Shown piece after piece: positions 27,759-38,317 of a stretch of 64,000 nucleotides of DNA. The stretch lies in NCBI GenBank assembly GCA_037723965.1, contig JBBJOS010000002.1, forward strand, positions 15,488 through 79,487, written 5' to 3'. Position 1 is the first letter of the stretch; every line of letters starts with the position of its first letter. A program made the position numbers and the translations under genes. The stretch comes from Pyrinomonadaceae bacterium. Lineage in GTDB: Bacteria; Acidobacteriota; Blastocatellia; Pyrinomonadales; Pyrinomonadaceae. Below the pieces are notes generated by a model that was not told the origin of the DNA, ran no database searches, and saw only the letters and a program-made list of their open reading frames with translations.

Positions 27759-28589
27759 TTCCAGTGAATTCGCACGTTTTTCTGCTTTTTGGGCTTCGGT
27801 TAATCTTTGATATTCGTAAACCGCACTTTCCCAGGTTCCGTACATGGCGTTTGGGAGGACGATGAACTTTTTACCCCATGCATCTTTTACTTTATCCACC
27901 TCCGCGAAGCGGTCGGCGACGGATTTTTTCTCGAATACGCTTGTGAAATCGTCTAGGTTATCGCCCATCAGCAGCACGATGCGGTGTTTTTGGGCGGCGA
28001 TGGCGCGGCGGGCGTCTTTGCCGGATTCTTTTGTTCGCGTCAATACATTTTCGGCGGAAATATCGATGAATCCGACGCTTTTTAGATTGTCGATCGTCGC
28101 CTGTTTCTGCACTTCGTCGCGATTGGAGATGTAAAATATTTTGACGCCTTTCGAGACCGCGTAATTCAGGAATTCTACCGATCCCGGAATCGCTTTGGCC
28201 TTTCGCATTTCGCCCCACGTGTACCAGTCTGGCAGGTTGAACGGGCGGCGGTTTTTTATGGCGTATGCTTGGGCGGGTGAATTGTCGAGCACGGTTTCGT
28301 CGATATCCACCACGATTGCACGCGGCATTTTGCGTTCGGCTTTCGGGAGCTTCTTCACGTTCTTTTTATCGAGATCGGCGTCGAGCTGCCAGCGGGCGAG
28401 GTTAAAAGCCTGATAGGCAAGGGCACGATATTCGGCGGCCTTTTGCATATACAAAACGGCGGCGACCTGATAATCGTAATCCGCGGTTTCGAGAGCCGGT
28501 TGCTGGGCAGCCGAAATGGTGACGAAATACGGCGAAAAGATTGTGCTGACAATAAGCCCGAGGCTTAACAGATATTTTTTCGGGATCAT
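27750..28589 (-). CDS. class C acid phosphatase / 5'-nucleotidase, e(P4) lipoprotein family (HAD)
   Basis: Signal peptide present. The DDDD-type motif is IVVDIDETVLDNSP, with ...LMGDNLDDF downstream. 279 aa. Confidence 0.85.
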   Translation of the reverse strand: MIPKKYLLSLGLIVSTIFSPYFVTISAAQQPALETADYDYQVAAVLYMQKAAEYRALAYQAFNLARWQLDADLDKKNVKKLPKAERKMPRAIVVDIDETVLDNSPAQAYAIKNRRPFNLPDWYTWGEMRKAKAIPGSVEFLNYAVSKGVKIFYISNRDEVQKQATIDNLKSVGFIDISAENVLTRTKESGKDARRAIAAQKHRIVLLMGDNLDDFTSVFEKKSVADRFAEVDKVKDAWGKKFIVLPNAMYGTWESAVYEYQRLTEAQKAEKRANSLELP

Positions 28590-28632
28590 AGCTTTGTTTG
28601 GAAAATGCGAACAAAGCGATTATAAATGATTT

Positions 28633-28809
28633 ATGCCCGAAAAGCCGAAGGATAAAACCGATGAAAGCAAAAAACCGTGCGAACCGCCTGAAAAGGCGGA
28701 CGAATCTTCGTGGGGAAAGGACATCGAAGAGAAGGATTATTATTACGATGACGCGCACGGGTATGAGGTTTTCGTACCTGAAGATGAAGATAATGAAAGC
28801 GATAAATAA
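28633..28809 (+). CDS. candidate small acidic protein (58 aa)
   Basis: MPEKPKDKTDESKKPCEPPEKADESSWGKDIEEKDYYYDDAHGYEVFVPEDEDNESDK. There is no clear Shine-Dalgarno. It competes with a basic 76-aa ORF in another frame. Confidence 0.3.
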   Translation: MPEKPKDKTDESKKPCEPPEKADESSWGKDIEEKDYYYDDAHGYEVFVPEDEDNESDK

Positions 28810-28835
28810 AAAGGCACGGCCAATTTGACCGTGCC
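28806..28835 (-). terminator. intrinsic terminator for the beta-helix gene
   Basis: Stem ggcacgg/ccgtgcc with a 9-nt loop. On the minus strand it is followed by ttttta ttt. Confidence 0.5.
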
Positions 28836-28877
28836 AATTAGTTTTAAGTAGGAAAATGCTCGGCCGTCTGTTCTTCT

Positions 28878-31331
28878 TTAACGGTTTCGTGCTCCGCCGT
28901 CAGCGGTGAAGATCAGATCGCTGACGTTGTCGGTGACGTTCACGACCTGTCCGGCGAAGCTGTATCGCTTTGACATGACTGTTACGACATAGGTTTCGCC
29001 CGCTTCGACACCGGTGAATGTGAAGTAGCCGAAATTGTTAGTCAGCACGAAACGGGTCGCACCGTGTTGATCGGTCAATAGCACGCGGGCTTTAGAAACG
29101 CCTGTTCCCTCGCCTGTTACAACTCTTCCGCCGACCGAAACTTCGCCCGCCGTTGGGACCGGCGATTCAAAAGCTCCTTTATCGACGATCGACACGATCC
29201 TTGAAAAACCTTGTCCGCGTGCATCGTTCACAAGCGGCGAGAGATCGAACGGGTCGATGGCGTTAACGTTTACGCCGTTGTTGATCGCGGGACTGAGCGG
29301 CATTAACATATGGGTCGGGACATTTCCGCCGTTGTCCGCGAGCACGGCGAGCAGCGGGTCAACGCTGGTTTGGTCGTTTGTCTGCGAAAATGTTCCAGCT
29401 GGAAATCCGTTCGTGCTGCCGATTAAGTTTCCGCCGACCGAAACGATTGAACCCGAGCTGAGTTGAATATCAGGATTAGCCGACGCTTGATTTTGAGCGA
29501 CAATGCTGTTGCCAATATTAAGCGCGCAGCCGCTCAATTGAATACCGGCGTTCGTGCCAGCCGCGACGCGATTAAAGGCAATGGTTGAATTGCGAATGTT
29601 CAACGCGCCGTTCATACAAAGAAGCGCACCTAAACCCGCTCCCCCGTCCGAATCAAAATTGCCGCTAATGGTCGTGTTCGACATAAAAAGCGCGGTATTG
29701 GCGATGCCGATGCCGGGGGAATTTTTCGCCGAGTTGCCGGAAATCGTTGAATTAGAGATGCGCTGCGTCGAACCGCCGCTCATATAAAAAGCCGAATAAC
29801 CGTTCGCGTCGTTGCCCGTAATCATTACCCTATCAAGCGTCAAATTTGATGAATTTCCAAAAATTGCTCCGCCGAGTCCGTTAGGAATTCCTGCTAAGCC
29901 GTTTGTTAAAGTCATCCCGGAAATGCTGACAGTCGAATTATCGAGCTTAAAAATGCGGCTCGCATTATTGCCTGAAACGGTCAAAGTGCTTGCCTTAGTG
30001 TAGCCGACGATGTTAACGCTTTGATTGTTGATGGAAATTTCCGTGCCGCCGAGCGTGATTGTTCCGAAAACATTCGGCGCGAAAGTTATCGTGTCGGTGC
30101 CGAAATTCAAACCGGCTTGATGAACAGCTTCGCGCAAGCTGCAATCAACGTCGCAAACCAAATCGTTGGTATCCGGTTTTTTAGAGACAATCAGCGAGGT
30201 GTTCCCGCTCAAATCTTCAAACGCGCCCTTATCAACCGTTGTGTCTGCAATGCGCGGAAAGCCTGCGCCGCGCGCATCAGTCGTTAATGGCTGATTGGTC
30301 AGCGGGTCAACTGCGACGGCATTGATACCGCCGTTTCGCGCCGGACTTCCGGCTTGGAGCGGATGCGTCTGAACGGGAAAGCCATCGAGACTGGAATTTA
30401 TCGGCGCAAGCAGCGGATTTACTCCGAAAATATCGTTTGGCTGATTGAAAGTATTATTGGGAACCGTGTCCAAATTACCGATCAGATTGCCGCCGGCCGA
30501 CGCGATTGTGCCGCTGAACATGCGGATATCGGGTCCGGTCTGCGCCGTATTTTGCGCGACAATCGTGTTGCCGATATTTAAAGTGCCGGCAAAGTAATTA
30601 CTAATGCCGCCGTTCTCGGTGTTATAAGCAATCGTCGAATTACGGATTACAACATTGCCGCCACCGTTGCATAATGCGCCCGCGATGCCCGGATTGTTCT
30701 GGATAATGAAATTATTGCTGACCGTAACGTTTGCCAGATACACATTTCCGCCGGAAGTACCGATAGCCGAACAGTTCTCCGCCGAATTGCCGGTAAAAGA
30801 AGAATTTAAAATGCTATGAGTTCCCCCGTTTAGAAAAATCGCCCCGTAAACCGTCGCCTTATTGCCCCGAATCGCTACGCGTTCGAGCGATAAAGTGCCG
30901 CCTATTTTGGCGGCAATCGCGCCGCCGCTGCCGTTGTCATAAGTGGCAGATGCTCCGTTACCCTGCACGAGCGTGATATTTCTCAATACCAGACCGGCGC
31001 CGGTTTCAACCAGAAAAATACGGCTCATCATTTCGCCCGAAATAAAAGCGACGTTCGGATTGTTCAAAAATCCGTCAATCGTGATGCGCTTTGTGATCAC
31101 GATCTCCGATCCGCCAAGCGTAAAAGTCTGACCGACGAGATTGCTGTCGAAAATAACAGTGTCGCCCGAATCTGCCGCCGCGACCGCTTCGCGCAGGCTG
31201 CAGTCGGCATTGCAAGCACCGTCGTTGCTGTTTGAAGGTTTTGTAACGGTCCAATTCGCGGCATCTGCCGTGGACGCGAAGATGAATAAACCCGCAAGAA
31301 TGCTAAATAAAATAGTTTGTAATCTTTTCAT
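28878..31331 (-). CDS. secreted right-handed beta-helix repeat protein with a C-terminal carboxypeptidase-regulatory-like domain
   Basis: The start at 31331 follows a GGGAGA Shine-Dalgarno and gives MKRLQTILFSILAGLFIFASTADA. Two tandem modules of about 370 aa each open with a ...C..DCSLREAV motif. Each ends ...DARG.GF.RI...VDKGAFE. Confidence 0.85.
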   Translation of the reverse strand: MKRLQTILFSILAGLFIFASTADAANWTVTKPSNSNDGACNADCSLREAVAAADSGDTVIFDSNLVGQTFTLGGSEIVITKRITIDGFLNNPNVAFISGEMMSRIFLVETGAGLVLRNITLVQGNGASATYDNGSGGAIAAKIGGTLSLERVAIRGNKATVYGAIFLNGGTHSILNSSFTGNSAENCSAIGTSGGNVYLANVTVSNNFIIQNNPGIAGALCNGGGNVVIRNSTIAYNTENGGISNYFAGTLNIGNTIVAQNTAQTGPDIRMFSGTIASAGGNLIGNLDTVPNNTFNQPNDIFGVNPLLAPINSSLDGFPVQTHPLQAGSPARNGGINAVAVDPLTNQPLTTDARGAGFPRIADTTVDKGAFEDLSGNTSLIVSKKPDTNDLVCDVDCSLREAVHQAGLNFGTDTITFAPNVFGTITLGGTEISINNQSVNIVGYTKASTLTVSGNNASRIFKLDNSTVSISGMTLTNGLAGIPNGLGGAIFGNSSNLTLDRVMITGNDANGYSAFYMSGGSTQRISNSTISGNSAKNSPGIGIANTALFMSNTTISGNFDSDGGAGLGALLCMNGALNIRNSTIAFNRVAAGTNAGIQLSGCALNIGNSIVAQNQASANPDIQLSSGSIVSVGGNLIGSTNGFPAGTFSQTNDQTSVDPLLAVLADNGGNVPTHMLMPLSPAINNGVNVNAIDPFDLSPLVNDARGQGFSRIVSIVDKGAFESPVPTAGEVSVGGRVVTGEGTGVSKARVLLTDQHGATRFVLTNNFGYFTFTGVEAGETYVVTVMSKRYSFAGQVVNVTDNVSDLIFTADGGARNR

Positions 31332-31431
31332 ATAATTTCTCCCGAACGCCGAAACCGGCGGCTTCATTTATAAGTGCGGATAAATTGCGGAAAAACTATC
31401 ATTTCGAAAAAAATTATTTTACCCTTGCCGC

Positions 31432-31482
31432 CGCCCGAAAAAGTTAATGGCCTCACCGAACAATTCGATGAGGCCATTAACT
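31432..31482 (-). terminator. intrinsic terminator for the gene at 31520-32431
   Basis: A 14-bp perfect stem (agttaatggcctca/tgaggccattaact), followed on the minus strand by cttttt. Confidence 0.55.
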
Positions 31483-31519
31483 GAAATCCGACAACCGCGA
31501 CCTGCGTTTCGCGACTTGG

Positions 31520-32431
31520 CTATCCATTAAGTGCGTTCAGCGCTTTTGCGATCTTTTGCAGGCGTGTTTTGACGGCTTGCGGGTTAGTCTGAGTTTCCCG
31601 GATTATCTCCTTCGCTCGGTCGTCCCTCATGGGAACACGGCTTAATATTCCAAACTCAGGAATAAGGTGGTGAGTGACAAGCTGATTTACTTGCTCGGTA
31701 CTAATTTGGCCTTTTGAGATCACGTGGTCGGCAATTGGCAACAGCACCTCCTTAATTATTTTGTGAATGCCGGTAAGCATTTTTTTCATTGCATCTTCGC
31801 CGACCTTGCCGATAAAAACCCCTACTAAATTCGCGACCGCCTTGTTTTTGATCACGATCCCGGTTGCCATTTCTTTCGCTTTCCCAGTAAGGTCCGACTC
31901 GATGCGGCTGAGGAAAAGCTGGACGAACATATGGTCATAGAAGGTGGGCATCATTTTTCGCAGGGCCATATCGTCCCCGACAAATGCTTCGAGAGCGTCG
32001 TTGTATAATTGATAGTTTTGTTTTATCTTGCCGCCGGCAACCAGGATATTCATTCCGAGAATAGACCATGCGACCGGCCCGCCCGCAACGCTGACACATC
32101 CAATGAAGATATCGAGGAAGTTGGTGATCACTTCTTTGGTACCGCTAAGACTCTTAGCGAGAAGGTTCGACGTGCCGCCGACACTTACGTCCATTCCGAA
32201 ACTCCACGAATCCTGACGGTAAAGCCGGCCAACCTTCCAAATTTCGTTAGTGCTAACCTCGGTCTGTATGTACCAGGCCTGCAGGCCGATCACGTGAGTC
32301 AATAAGCGTCTGCCGTCAATTGACGGATAAACAGTTCCGGCTTCTGCCTTTCCCTGTGAAACTGTCGGCAGGCTTCCGCCGGATGCTACACCGAAAAGGT
32401 CCGATGCTTGTATTTCAATTGGGTGTCCCAT
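31520..32431 (-). CDS. hypothetical protein with a central hydrophobic hairpin
   Basis: 303 aa with no signal peptide. The central segment FLDIFIGCVSVAGGPVAWSILGMNILVAGG is flanked by amphipathic helical sequence. The gene is monocistronic and has its own terminator. Confidence 0.6.
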   Translation of the reverse strand: MGHPIEIQASDLFGVASGGSLPTVSQGKAEAGTVYPSIDGRRLLTHVIGLQAWYIQTEVSTNEIWKVGRLYRQDSWSFGMDVSVGGTSNLLAKSLSGTKEVITNFLDIFIGCVSVAGGPVAWSILGMNILVAGGKIKQNYQLYNDALEAFVGDDMALRKMMPTFYDHMFVQLFLSRIESDLTGKAKEMATGIVIKNKAVANLVGVFIGKVGEDAMKKMLTGIHKIIKEVLLPIADHVISKGQISTEQVNQLVTHHLIPEFGILSRVPMRDDRAKEIIRETQTNPQAVKTRLQKIAKALNALNG

Positions 32432-32639
32432 ATAAATGCTCCTTAAATGTTGCAGGGTCTGAAATAATTCGAATAAAATGCCCTGACATTTACTAGTGCG
32501 TTAGAAACTCGCGAAAGCTATCATCGTGGAAAAAAACTTGAACTGATTTGGAAACAATATATTGAATAAACTTATTTAACTTCTAATAATTTGTGGTAAA
32601 TTTGACGTATAAATCTTCCGCATCGCGCATTGCAAGAAA

Positions 32640-33209
32640 ATGACACAGCCTTCCCAAGACGTTACGCAGTTGCTGCAAAGGTGGAGCGGCGGCGATTCAG
32701 CCGCTCTTGAGGAATTGACGCCTTTGATATACGCCGAGCTTCACCGTGTCGCTAAAAGCTATATGCGGCGGGAACGTGACGGGCACACGCTCCAAACGTC
32801 GGCGCTGGTTAACGAAGCTTACATTCGGCTGATCGATTGGAAAACGGCGAAATGGGAAAACCGGGCTCATTTCTTTGGCGTGTCGGCGCAGCTGATGAGA
32901 AGAATTCTGGTGGATTTTGCCCGCAGCCGCCCGAAAATCAAAGACGGTGTTGCCCGGAATGTTTCGCTGGAAGAAGCATTCAATGTCACAGCAGAAAAGG
33001 ACGCTGACCTTGTAGCTCTCGACGAAGCCTTAAACGAACTAGCGAAATTCGACGAGCGGAAATCGAAGATAGTCGAACTCAAATTCTTCGGCGGCCTGTC
33101 CGTCGAGGAAACGGCCGAAGTTCTAAAGATCTCCGGCGTAACCGTAATGCGCGAATGGCAGAAGGCGAAGGCGTGGCTTTATCGTGAATTAAATAGTGAA
33201 CAGATTTAA
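32640..33209 (+). CDS. ECF sigma factor, TIGR02999/ECF43-like
   Basis: DVTQLLQRWSGGDSAALEELTPLIYAELHRVAKSYMRRERDGHTLQTSALVNEAYIRL is the family signature. 189 aa. Confidence 0.9.
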   Translation: MTQPSQDVTQLLQRWSGGDSAALEELTPLIYAELHRVAKSYMRRERDGHTLQTSALVNEAYIRLIDWKTAKWENRAHFFGVSAQLMRRILVDFARSRPKIKDGVARNVSLEEAFNVTAEKDADLVALDEALNELAKFDERKSKIVELKFFGGLSVEETAEVLKISGVTVMREWQKAKAWLYRELNSEQI

Positions 33210-33479
33210 TCCGGGCGAGTACGGAAAAAAACCGTCAATTAAGAGCGAAAAACGAGTCGAAACCAAAAATAAATCGCTAATTTTTTTCTTTCGACACATC
33301 GCCTATTAACACACTTGCGGGAAACGAAACGTAAAAAGCATAACATCGCTTATCATGGCCGCAATAACGACGTTTTAACAAAAAGACGACCATTAAGGAA
33401 CAAAGCGCACCGAAAACTTAGCTAGCCGGAAAGTGACATATGTCAACAGAACCTTATCTTTCACAAACCAACTTCGATC

Positions 33480-36347
33480 GTGAATCCTGAACGCTGGAAA
33501 CAAATTGACGATCTTTTAGATGCCGTTCTCGACATCCCGAACGAGCGGCGAGCGGAATTTCTGTCGGAAAAATGCAACGGTGACGACGATCTGAAACGCG
33601 AGGTTCTGAGTCTGCTGGGCGCGCAAAAGGAAAGCGACCGGTTTCTGGAAAATTCGGCGATGAATTTGATGGCGAAGGAGATCGCGAGCGACCGCACCGA
33701 AGTGCTTTCATATGTCGGAAGAGAATTCGGCACATACAAGATCGAAAAAGCGATCGGTGCAGGCGGTATGGGCGAAGTTTACCTGGCCCATGACGAAAAA
33801 TTAAAGCGCAAAGTTGCCCTTAAAATTCTTCCCGCCGAGTTCATAGCCGACGCCGAAAGGATCCGGCGTTTTGAAAGGGAAGCGCGGATGATCTCTGCAT
33901 TAAATCATCCGTACATCGTGACGATTCACGACGTTGGGAGTGCAGACGGCATAAATTATATCGCCACCGAATTTGTCGAAGGCGAAACCGTCAGGGAACT
34001 TATAAATCGCGGTGCCGGCGTTAAGCAAACGCTGTCGATCGTGTCGCAAACCTGCGAGGCGCTCGAAGCGGCACATAAAGCCGGAATAATCCACCGCGAC
34101 ATCAAACCGGAAAATATAATGCTGCGGCCTGACGGATTCGTAAAGGTACTGGATTTCGGCCTTGCCAAGCTGAACGAGCACGCCGAAATTCACCAAAGCC
34201 TGACAAATTACACGATGAAAGGCGTAATCATCGGCACGCCCGTATATATGTCGCCTCAACAGGTGAGCGACGAAAAAGTCGATCACCGGACAGATTTGTG
34301 GAGCGTCGGTGTCGTTTTATACGAAATGCTTACGGGTAAAAATCCGTTCAAAGGCGATTCGCGGCAGGCCACTTTCCAAAAAATATTGAGTGAACAACCG
34401 CCGCTCGTCTCGCAACTGGACGGAAAACTGCCCATTGAACTCGACGCAATATTAAGCAAGGCGCTTGAAAAAGATACCGACGTCTCCTATCAAACCGCTT
34501 TGGATTTACGTGCCGACCTGAAGCGCGTTCGCCGCGAGATAGATTCGTCGCCGTCATTGAGAAGCGGTTCTTTAACACAAAGGCGGGAATCGCCGAATCC
34601 GAAAAGCAAGTTTTTATACATTCCAATTACAGCTGTGCTACTGATCTTGATCGGAGCTGGAGCCTGGTTTTTGGTTTCCCGCAACAGGAAAGCGGTTTAT
34701 GATGCGGATTGGGGAAGAGCTACCAACATCCAGCTAACCGAGCAGGCTGGAACCGAATTTTTCCCCAGCCTCGCTCCAGACGGAAAATCTTTTATATACA
34801 CTCGTGAAAGCGGCGGTGGCCTGGACCTGTTTTGGCAAAGGATCGGCGGAAAGAATCCTACCAATTTAACAAAAGAATTTCCAGGCGACGATACCGAACC
34901 CGCATTTTCTCCGGACGGCGAGCTAATCGCTTTTAGATCGGACCGCGAGCCGACCGGAATTTATGTAATGGGAGCGACGGGCGAAAATGCCCGGCGGGTG
35001 GGTGATTTCGGTCATCATCCAAGCTGGTCACCCGACGGAAAAGAAATTGCCGTCAGTACTGCCGGACGGGATTTGCCGAATCTGCGAAACGCCACGCCGA
35101 GCTCAATATGGATCATCAACATCGAATCCGGAGCTAAGCGTATGTTGATAGAATCTGACGGAACGCAGCCGGCATGGTCACCTGACGGAAAAAAGATCGC
35201 CTACTGGTTTATGCAGCCGCAGGGAGGCAAGCGCGACGTTGCGGTAATTTCGGCAAGCGGCGGCGAACCTGTCATCGTCAGCAAAGACGGCGTTATCAAC
35301 TGGAATCCGGTTTGGTCGCCTGACGGCAAATTTTTATACTTCGTTTCAGACAGAGGCGGAAATATGAATTTTTGGCGTGTTGCAGTTGATGATGCCAGCG
35401 GTGCTCCGTTGGGGGAACCCGAGGCAGTAGTGAGCCCATCGAAATATAGCCGCCATCTTGGCTTTTCATCTGATGGGACACGAATGATCTATGTTCAAAC
35501 GGATAACAAATCAAATATCCAGGCCATAAATTTTGATGTGAAAAGCCGTAAAACTATAGGTGACCTATTTTGGATAACCGCCGGGGACCGCCTGATCTCC
35601 CGCGCGGAACTATCGCCGGACGGACAGCAGTTTGTAGTGCGCCTCGTCCGCCGGACGCAGGACGACATAGTTTTAATAAACCGAAAAACGGGTGAGATAA
35701 GTGATTTGACGGAAGACGAGGCTTTCGACAGGTACCCGCGCTGGTCACCCGATGGAAGAAAAATAGCCTTCATCTCTGACCGCGGCGGAAGCCACGAAAT
35801 TTGGACGATCGACGCCGCCGGAACGAATCCGAAACAAGTAACTTTCACCAATTCAAAAGGAGCGACATTTCCGCATTGGTCACCCGACGGAACAAGAATG
35901 CTTTTTCGGCTTGATCAGCAAAATTTCATTATTGACCTGAACAAAAGCTGGGACGAACAAACACCGACGGTTTTACCCGATCCGCCGAATAATGCAAAAT
36001 TTACGGTTTGGGATTGGTCGCCGGACGGAAAGACGATGGTCGGGTCTTTCAGCGGCGGTTGGCAAGGCATTGGGACCTATTCGCTGGATTCTCCACGTTA
36101 TGAAAAGATTTCCGATTTGGAAGAAATACCAATGTGGCTGCCTGACAGCCGCCATATTACCTTTTCCCGCAACGGCAAGGTTTATATTTTGGATACGGTT
36201 ACAAAAAAGATTGAGGAAATTCCCGTGGCTTCGTCAGGTGTTATTCGTAGTGCCAGCGTGAGCCGTGACGGCTCCCTGCTATATTTTACGACTGTATCGA
36301 ACGAATCGGACATCTGGCTGCTGGATATTTCCCCAGGGTCACAATAG
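33480..36347 (+). CDS. Ser/Thr protein kinase with TM helix and TolB-like beta-propeller repeats
   Basis: Hanks motifs are present: HRDIKPENIML, DFGLAK and GTPVYMSPQQ. One TM helix is followed by repeated ...SPDGK.IAF.S.R.G... blades. The start is GTG. Confidence 0.92.
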   Translation: MNPERWKQIDDLLDAVLDIPNERRAEFLSEKCNGDDDLKREVLSLLGAQKESDRFLENSAMNLMAKEIASDRTEVLSYVGREFGTYKIEKAIGAGGMGEVYLAHDEKLKRKVALKILPAEFIADAERIRRFEREARMISALNHPYIVTIHDVGSADGINYIATEFVEGETVRELINRGAGVKQTLSIVSQTCEALEAAHKAGIIHRDIKPENIMLRPDGFVKVLDFGLAKLNEHAEIHQSLTNYTMKGVIIGTPVYMSPQQVSDEKVDHRTDLWSVGVVLYEMLTGKNPFKGDSRQATFQKILSEQPPLVSQLDGKLPIELDAILSKALEKDTDVSYQTALDLRADLKRVRREIDSSPSLRSGSLTQRRESPNPKSKFLYIPITAVLLILIGAGAWFLVSRNRKAVYDADWGRATNIQLTEQAGTEFFPSLAPDGKSFIYTRESGGGLDLFWQRIGGKNPTNLTKEFPGDDTEPAFSPDGELIAFRSDREPTGIYVMGATGENARRVGDFGHHPSWSPDGKEIAVSTAGRDLPNLRNATPSSIWIINIESGAKRMLIESDGTQPAWSPDGKKIAYWFMQPQGGKRDVAVISASGGEPVIVSKDGVINWNPVWSPDGKFLYFVSDRGGNMNFWRVAVDDASGAPLGEPEAVVSPSKYSRHLGFSSDGTRMIYVQTDNKSNIQAINFDVKSRKTIGDLFWITAGDRLISRAELSPDGQQFVVRLVRRTQDDIVLINRKTGEISDLTEDEAFDRYPRWSPDGRKIAFISDRGGSHEIWTIDAAGTNPKQVTFTNSKGATFPHWSPDGTRMLFRLDQQNFIIDLNKSWDEQTPTVLPDPPNNAKFTVWDWSPDGKTMVGSFSGGWQGIGTYSLDSPRYEKISDLEEIPMWLPDSRHITFSRNGKVYILDTVTKKIEEIPVASSGVIRSASVSRDGSLLYFTTVSNESDIWLLDISPGSQ

Positions 36348-36435
36348 CTAATAGCAGCTTTTGAAAAAGCGATGCCGACTTAGATCAACCCTAGTTTTTA
36401 GCAGGAAATCTAAGGCGGCATCGCTGCTTTCCGTT

Positions 36436-38247
36436 CTATTTCTTCGGACGTTCGTTGGCCTTCAGGACGCGTTTTCGCAGTCTGATGGCGGTTGGTGTGA
36501 CCTCAATAAGCTCGTCATCGGCGATGAATTCAAGCGCCCGTTCGAGCGACATTTCGCGGACGGGGACGAGCCGCATCGCTTCGTCGGCAGATGACGTTCG
36601 CATGTTCGAGAGCTTCTTTTCCTTGATCGGGTTGACGTCCAGATCGACCGCACGGGCGTTTTCGCCGACGATCATTCCTTCATAAACCTTGACCTGCGGC
36701 TTGACGAAAAGCGAGCCGCGTTCCTGCAGGTTAAAAAGAGCAAACGTGTTCGTTTCGCCCATGCGGTCGGAAACGAGCGATCCGGTCGCTCGTGATTTCA
36801 TTTCGCCTTGCCATTTGTCGAATTTCAGGAACATCGTGTTCAAAAGGCCAGTGCCCTTTGTTTCCGTCAAAAATTCACCGCGAAAGCCGATCAGGCCGCG
36901 TGACGGAATTTCATATTCAAGCCGGACGCGGCCGGTTCCGTTGTTGATCATTTTGGTCATTTGACCTTTGCGGCGGCCGAGGGCTTCGGTGACCACACCG
37001 ATAAATTCTTCGGGCACGTCGATCACTACGAGTTCGACCGGTTCGAGCAGTTCGCCTGTTTTTTCGTCGCGTTTGGTGAGAACTTCCGGTTTTGCGACCT
37101 GAAGTTCGTAGCCTTCGCGGCGCATCATTTCGATAAGGATGGCGAGCTGCAATTCGCCGCGGCCTGAAACTTTGAACTGGTCGGGCGAGCCGGTTTCTTC
37201 GAATCTTAGTGCGACGTTTCCGAGCAATTCTCTTTCCAGGCGGTCGCGGATCTGACGCGAAGTAACAAATTTACCGTCGATTCCAGAGAAAGGCGAATTG
37301 TTAACACCAAAGATCATTCCAATGGTCGGTTCATCGACCGCGATGATCGGCAGCGGCTGCGGATTTTCGACCAGCGTGATTGTTTCTCCGATATTGATGT
37401 CGTCGAAACCGGCCAGAGCGACGATCTCGCCGGTGCCCGCACTATCGACCGGCGTGCGGTCAAGGCCTTCGTAAACAAATAATTCTTTAACGCGCGTTTT
37501 CTGCGTCGAGCCGTCGATCTTCGCAACTATAACTTCCTGATTTTTCGAGATTTCGCCCGAGAACATTCTGCCGATCGCGAGGCGTCCGACGAACGGGTTG
37601 TAGTCGATATTTGCGACGAGAAGCTGGAGCGAATCGGTGCGGACGGCTTTTGGAGCCGGAATCGATTCGATTACCTGGTCAAAAAGCGGGATCAGGCTGT
37701 CCGATTCGTCGGCGAGATTCTTTTTAGCAATGCCGTCCCGGGAAATGGAATAAAGGACCGGAAAATCAATCTGTGAATCACTGGCTCCTAGGTCGATGAA
37801 AAGGTCGTAAATTTCGTCTAAAACTTCTTCGGGCCGCGCGTCCTGACGATCGATCTTGTTGACGAGAGCAATGCAGGGAAGTTTTAATTCGAGAGCTTTA
37901 CGCAGCACGAAACGTGTCTGCGGCAAACATCCTTCAGCGGAATCGACGAGCAGGACGATTCCGTCCACCATTTTCAGCACACGTTCGACTTCGCCGCCGA
38001 AATCGGCGTGGCCCGGCGTATCGACGATATTTATTTTGTAATCGCCGTACCGGACGGAAGTGTTCTTCGCCATGATCGTGATGCCGCGTTCCTTTTCGAG
38101 GTCCATTGAATCCATCACGCGTTCGACGACCGTCTCGTTATCGCGATATGTGCCGGACTGCTGAAGCATCGCATCGACCAGCGTTGTCTTTCCGTGATCG
38201 ACGTGCGCGATGATCGCGATGTTTCGAATGTTCTTTGGGTCTATCAT
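36436..38247 (-). CDS. typA: translational GTPase TypA/BipA
   Basis: [25 protein letters not shown]..., with [14 protein letters not shown] and NKID. I prefer the ATG at 38247 over the longer track ORF. Confidence 0.95.
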   Translation of the reverse strand: MIDPKNIRNIAIIAHVDHGKTTLVDAMLQQSGTYRDNETVVERVMDSMDLEKERGITIMAKNTSVRYGDYKINIVDTPGHADFGGEVERVLKMVDGIVLLVDSAEGCLPQTRFVLRKALELKLPCIALVNKIDRQDARPEEVLDEIYDLFIDLGASDSQIDFPVLYSISRDGIAKKNLADESDSLIPLFDQVIESIPAPKAVRTDSLQLLVANIDYNPFVGRLAIGRMFSGEISKNQEVIVAKIDGSTQKTRVKELFVYEGLDRTPVDSAGTGEIVALAGFDDINIGETITLVENPQPLPIIAVDEPTIGMIFGVNNSPFSGIDGKFVTSRQIRDRLERELLGNVALRFEETGSPDQFKVSGRGELQLAILIEMMRREGYELQVAKPEVLTKRDEKTGELLEPVELVVIDVPEEFIGVVTEALGRRKGQMTKMINNGTGRVRLEYEIPSRGLIGFRGEFLTETKGTGLLNTMFLKFDKWQGEMKSRATGSLVSDRMGETNTFALFNLQERGSLFVKPQVKVYEGMIVGENARAVDLDVNPIKEKKLSNMRTSSADEAMRLVPVREMSLERALEFIADDELIEVTPTAIRLRKRVLKANERPKK

Positions 38248-38317
38248 AATTGTAAAACGGCCTGCGGAGGCAAACGAGTATAATGATGGATTGAGAAGCA
38301 AAAGGCAACCGGACAAA

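Noticed and set aside
28598-28828. 76-aa highly basic ORF from the track
   Set aside because: It has K/R-rich low-complexity composition. An alternative frame gives a more protein-like acidic 58-aa product. Neither is strongly supported.
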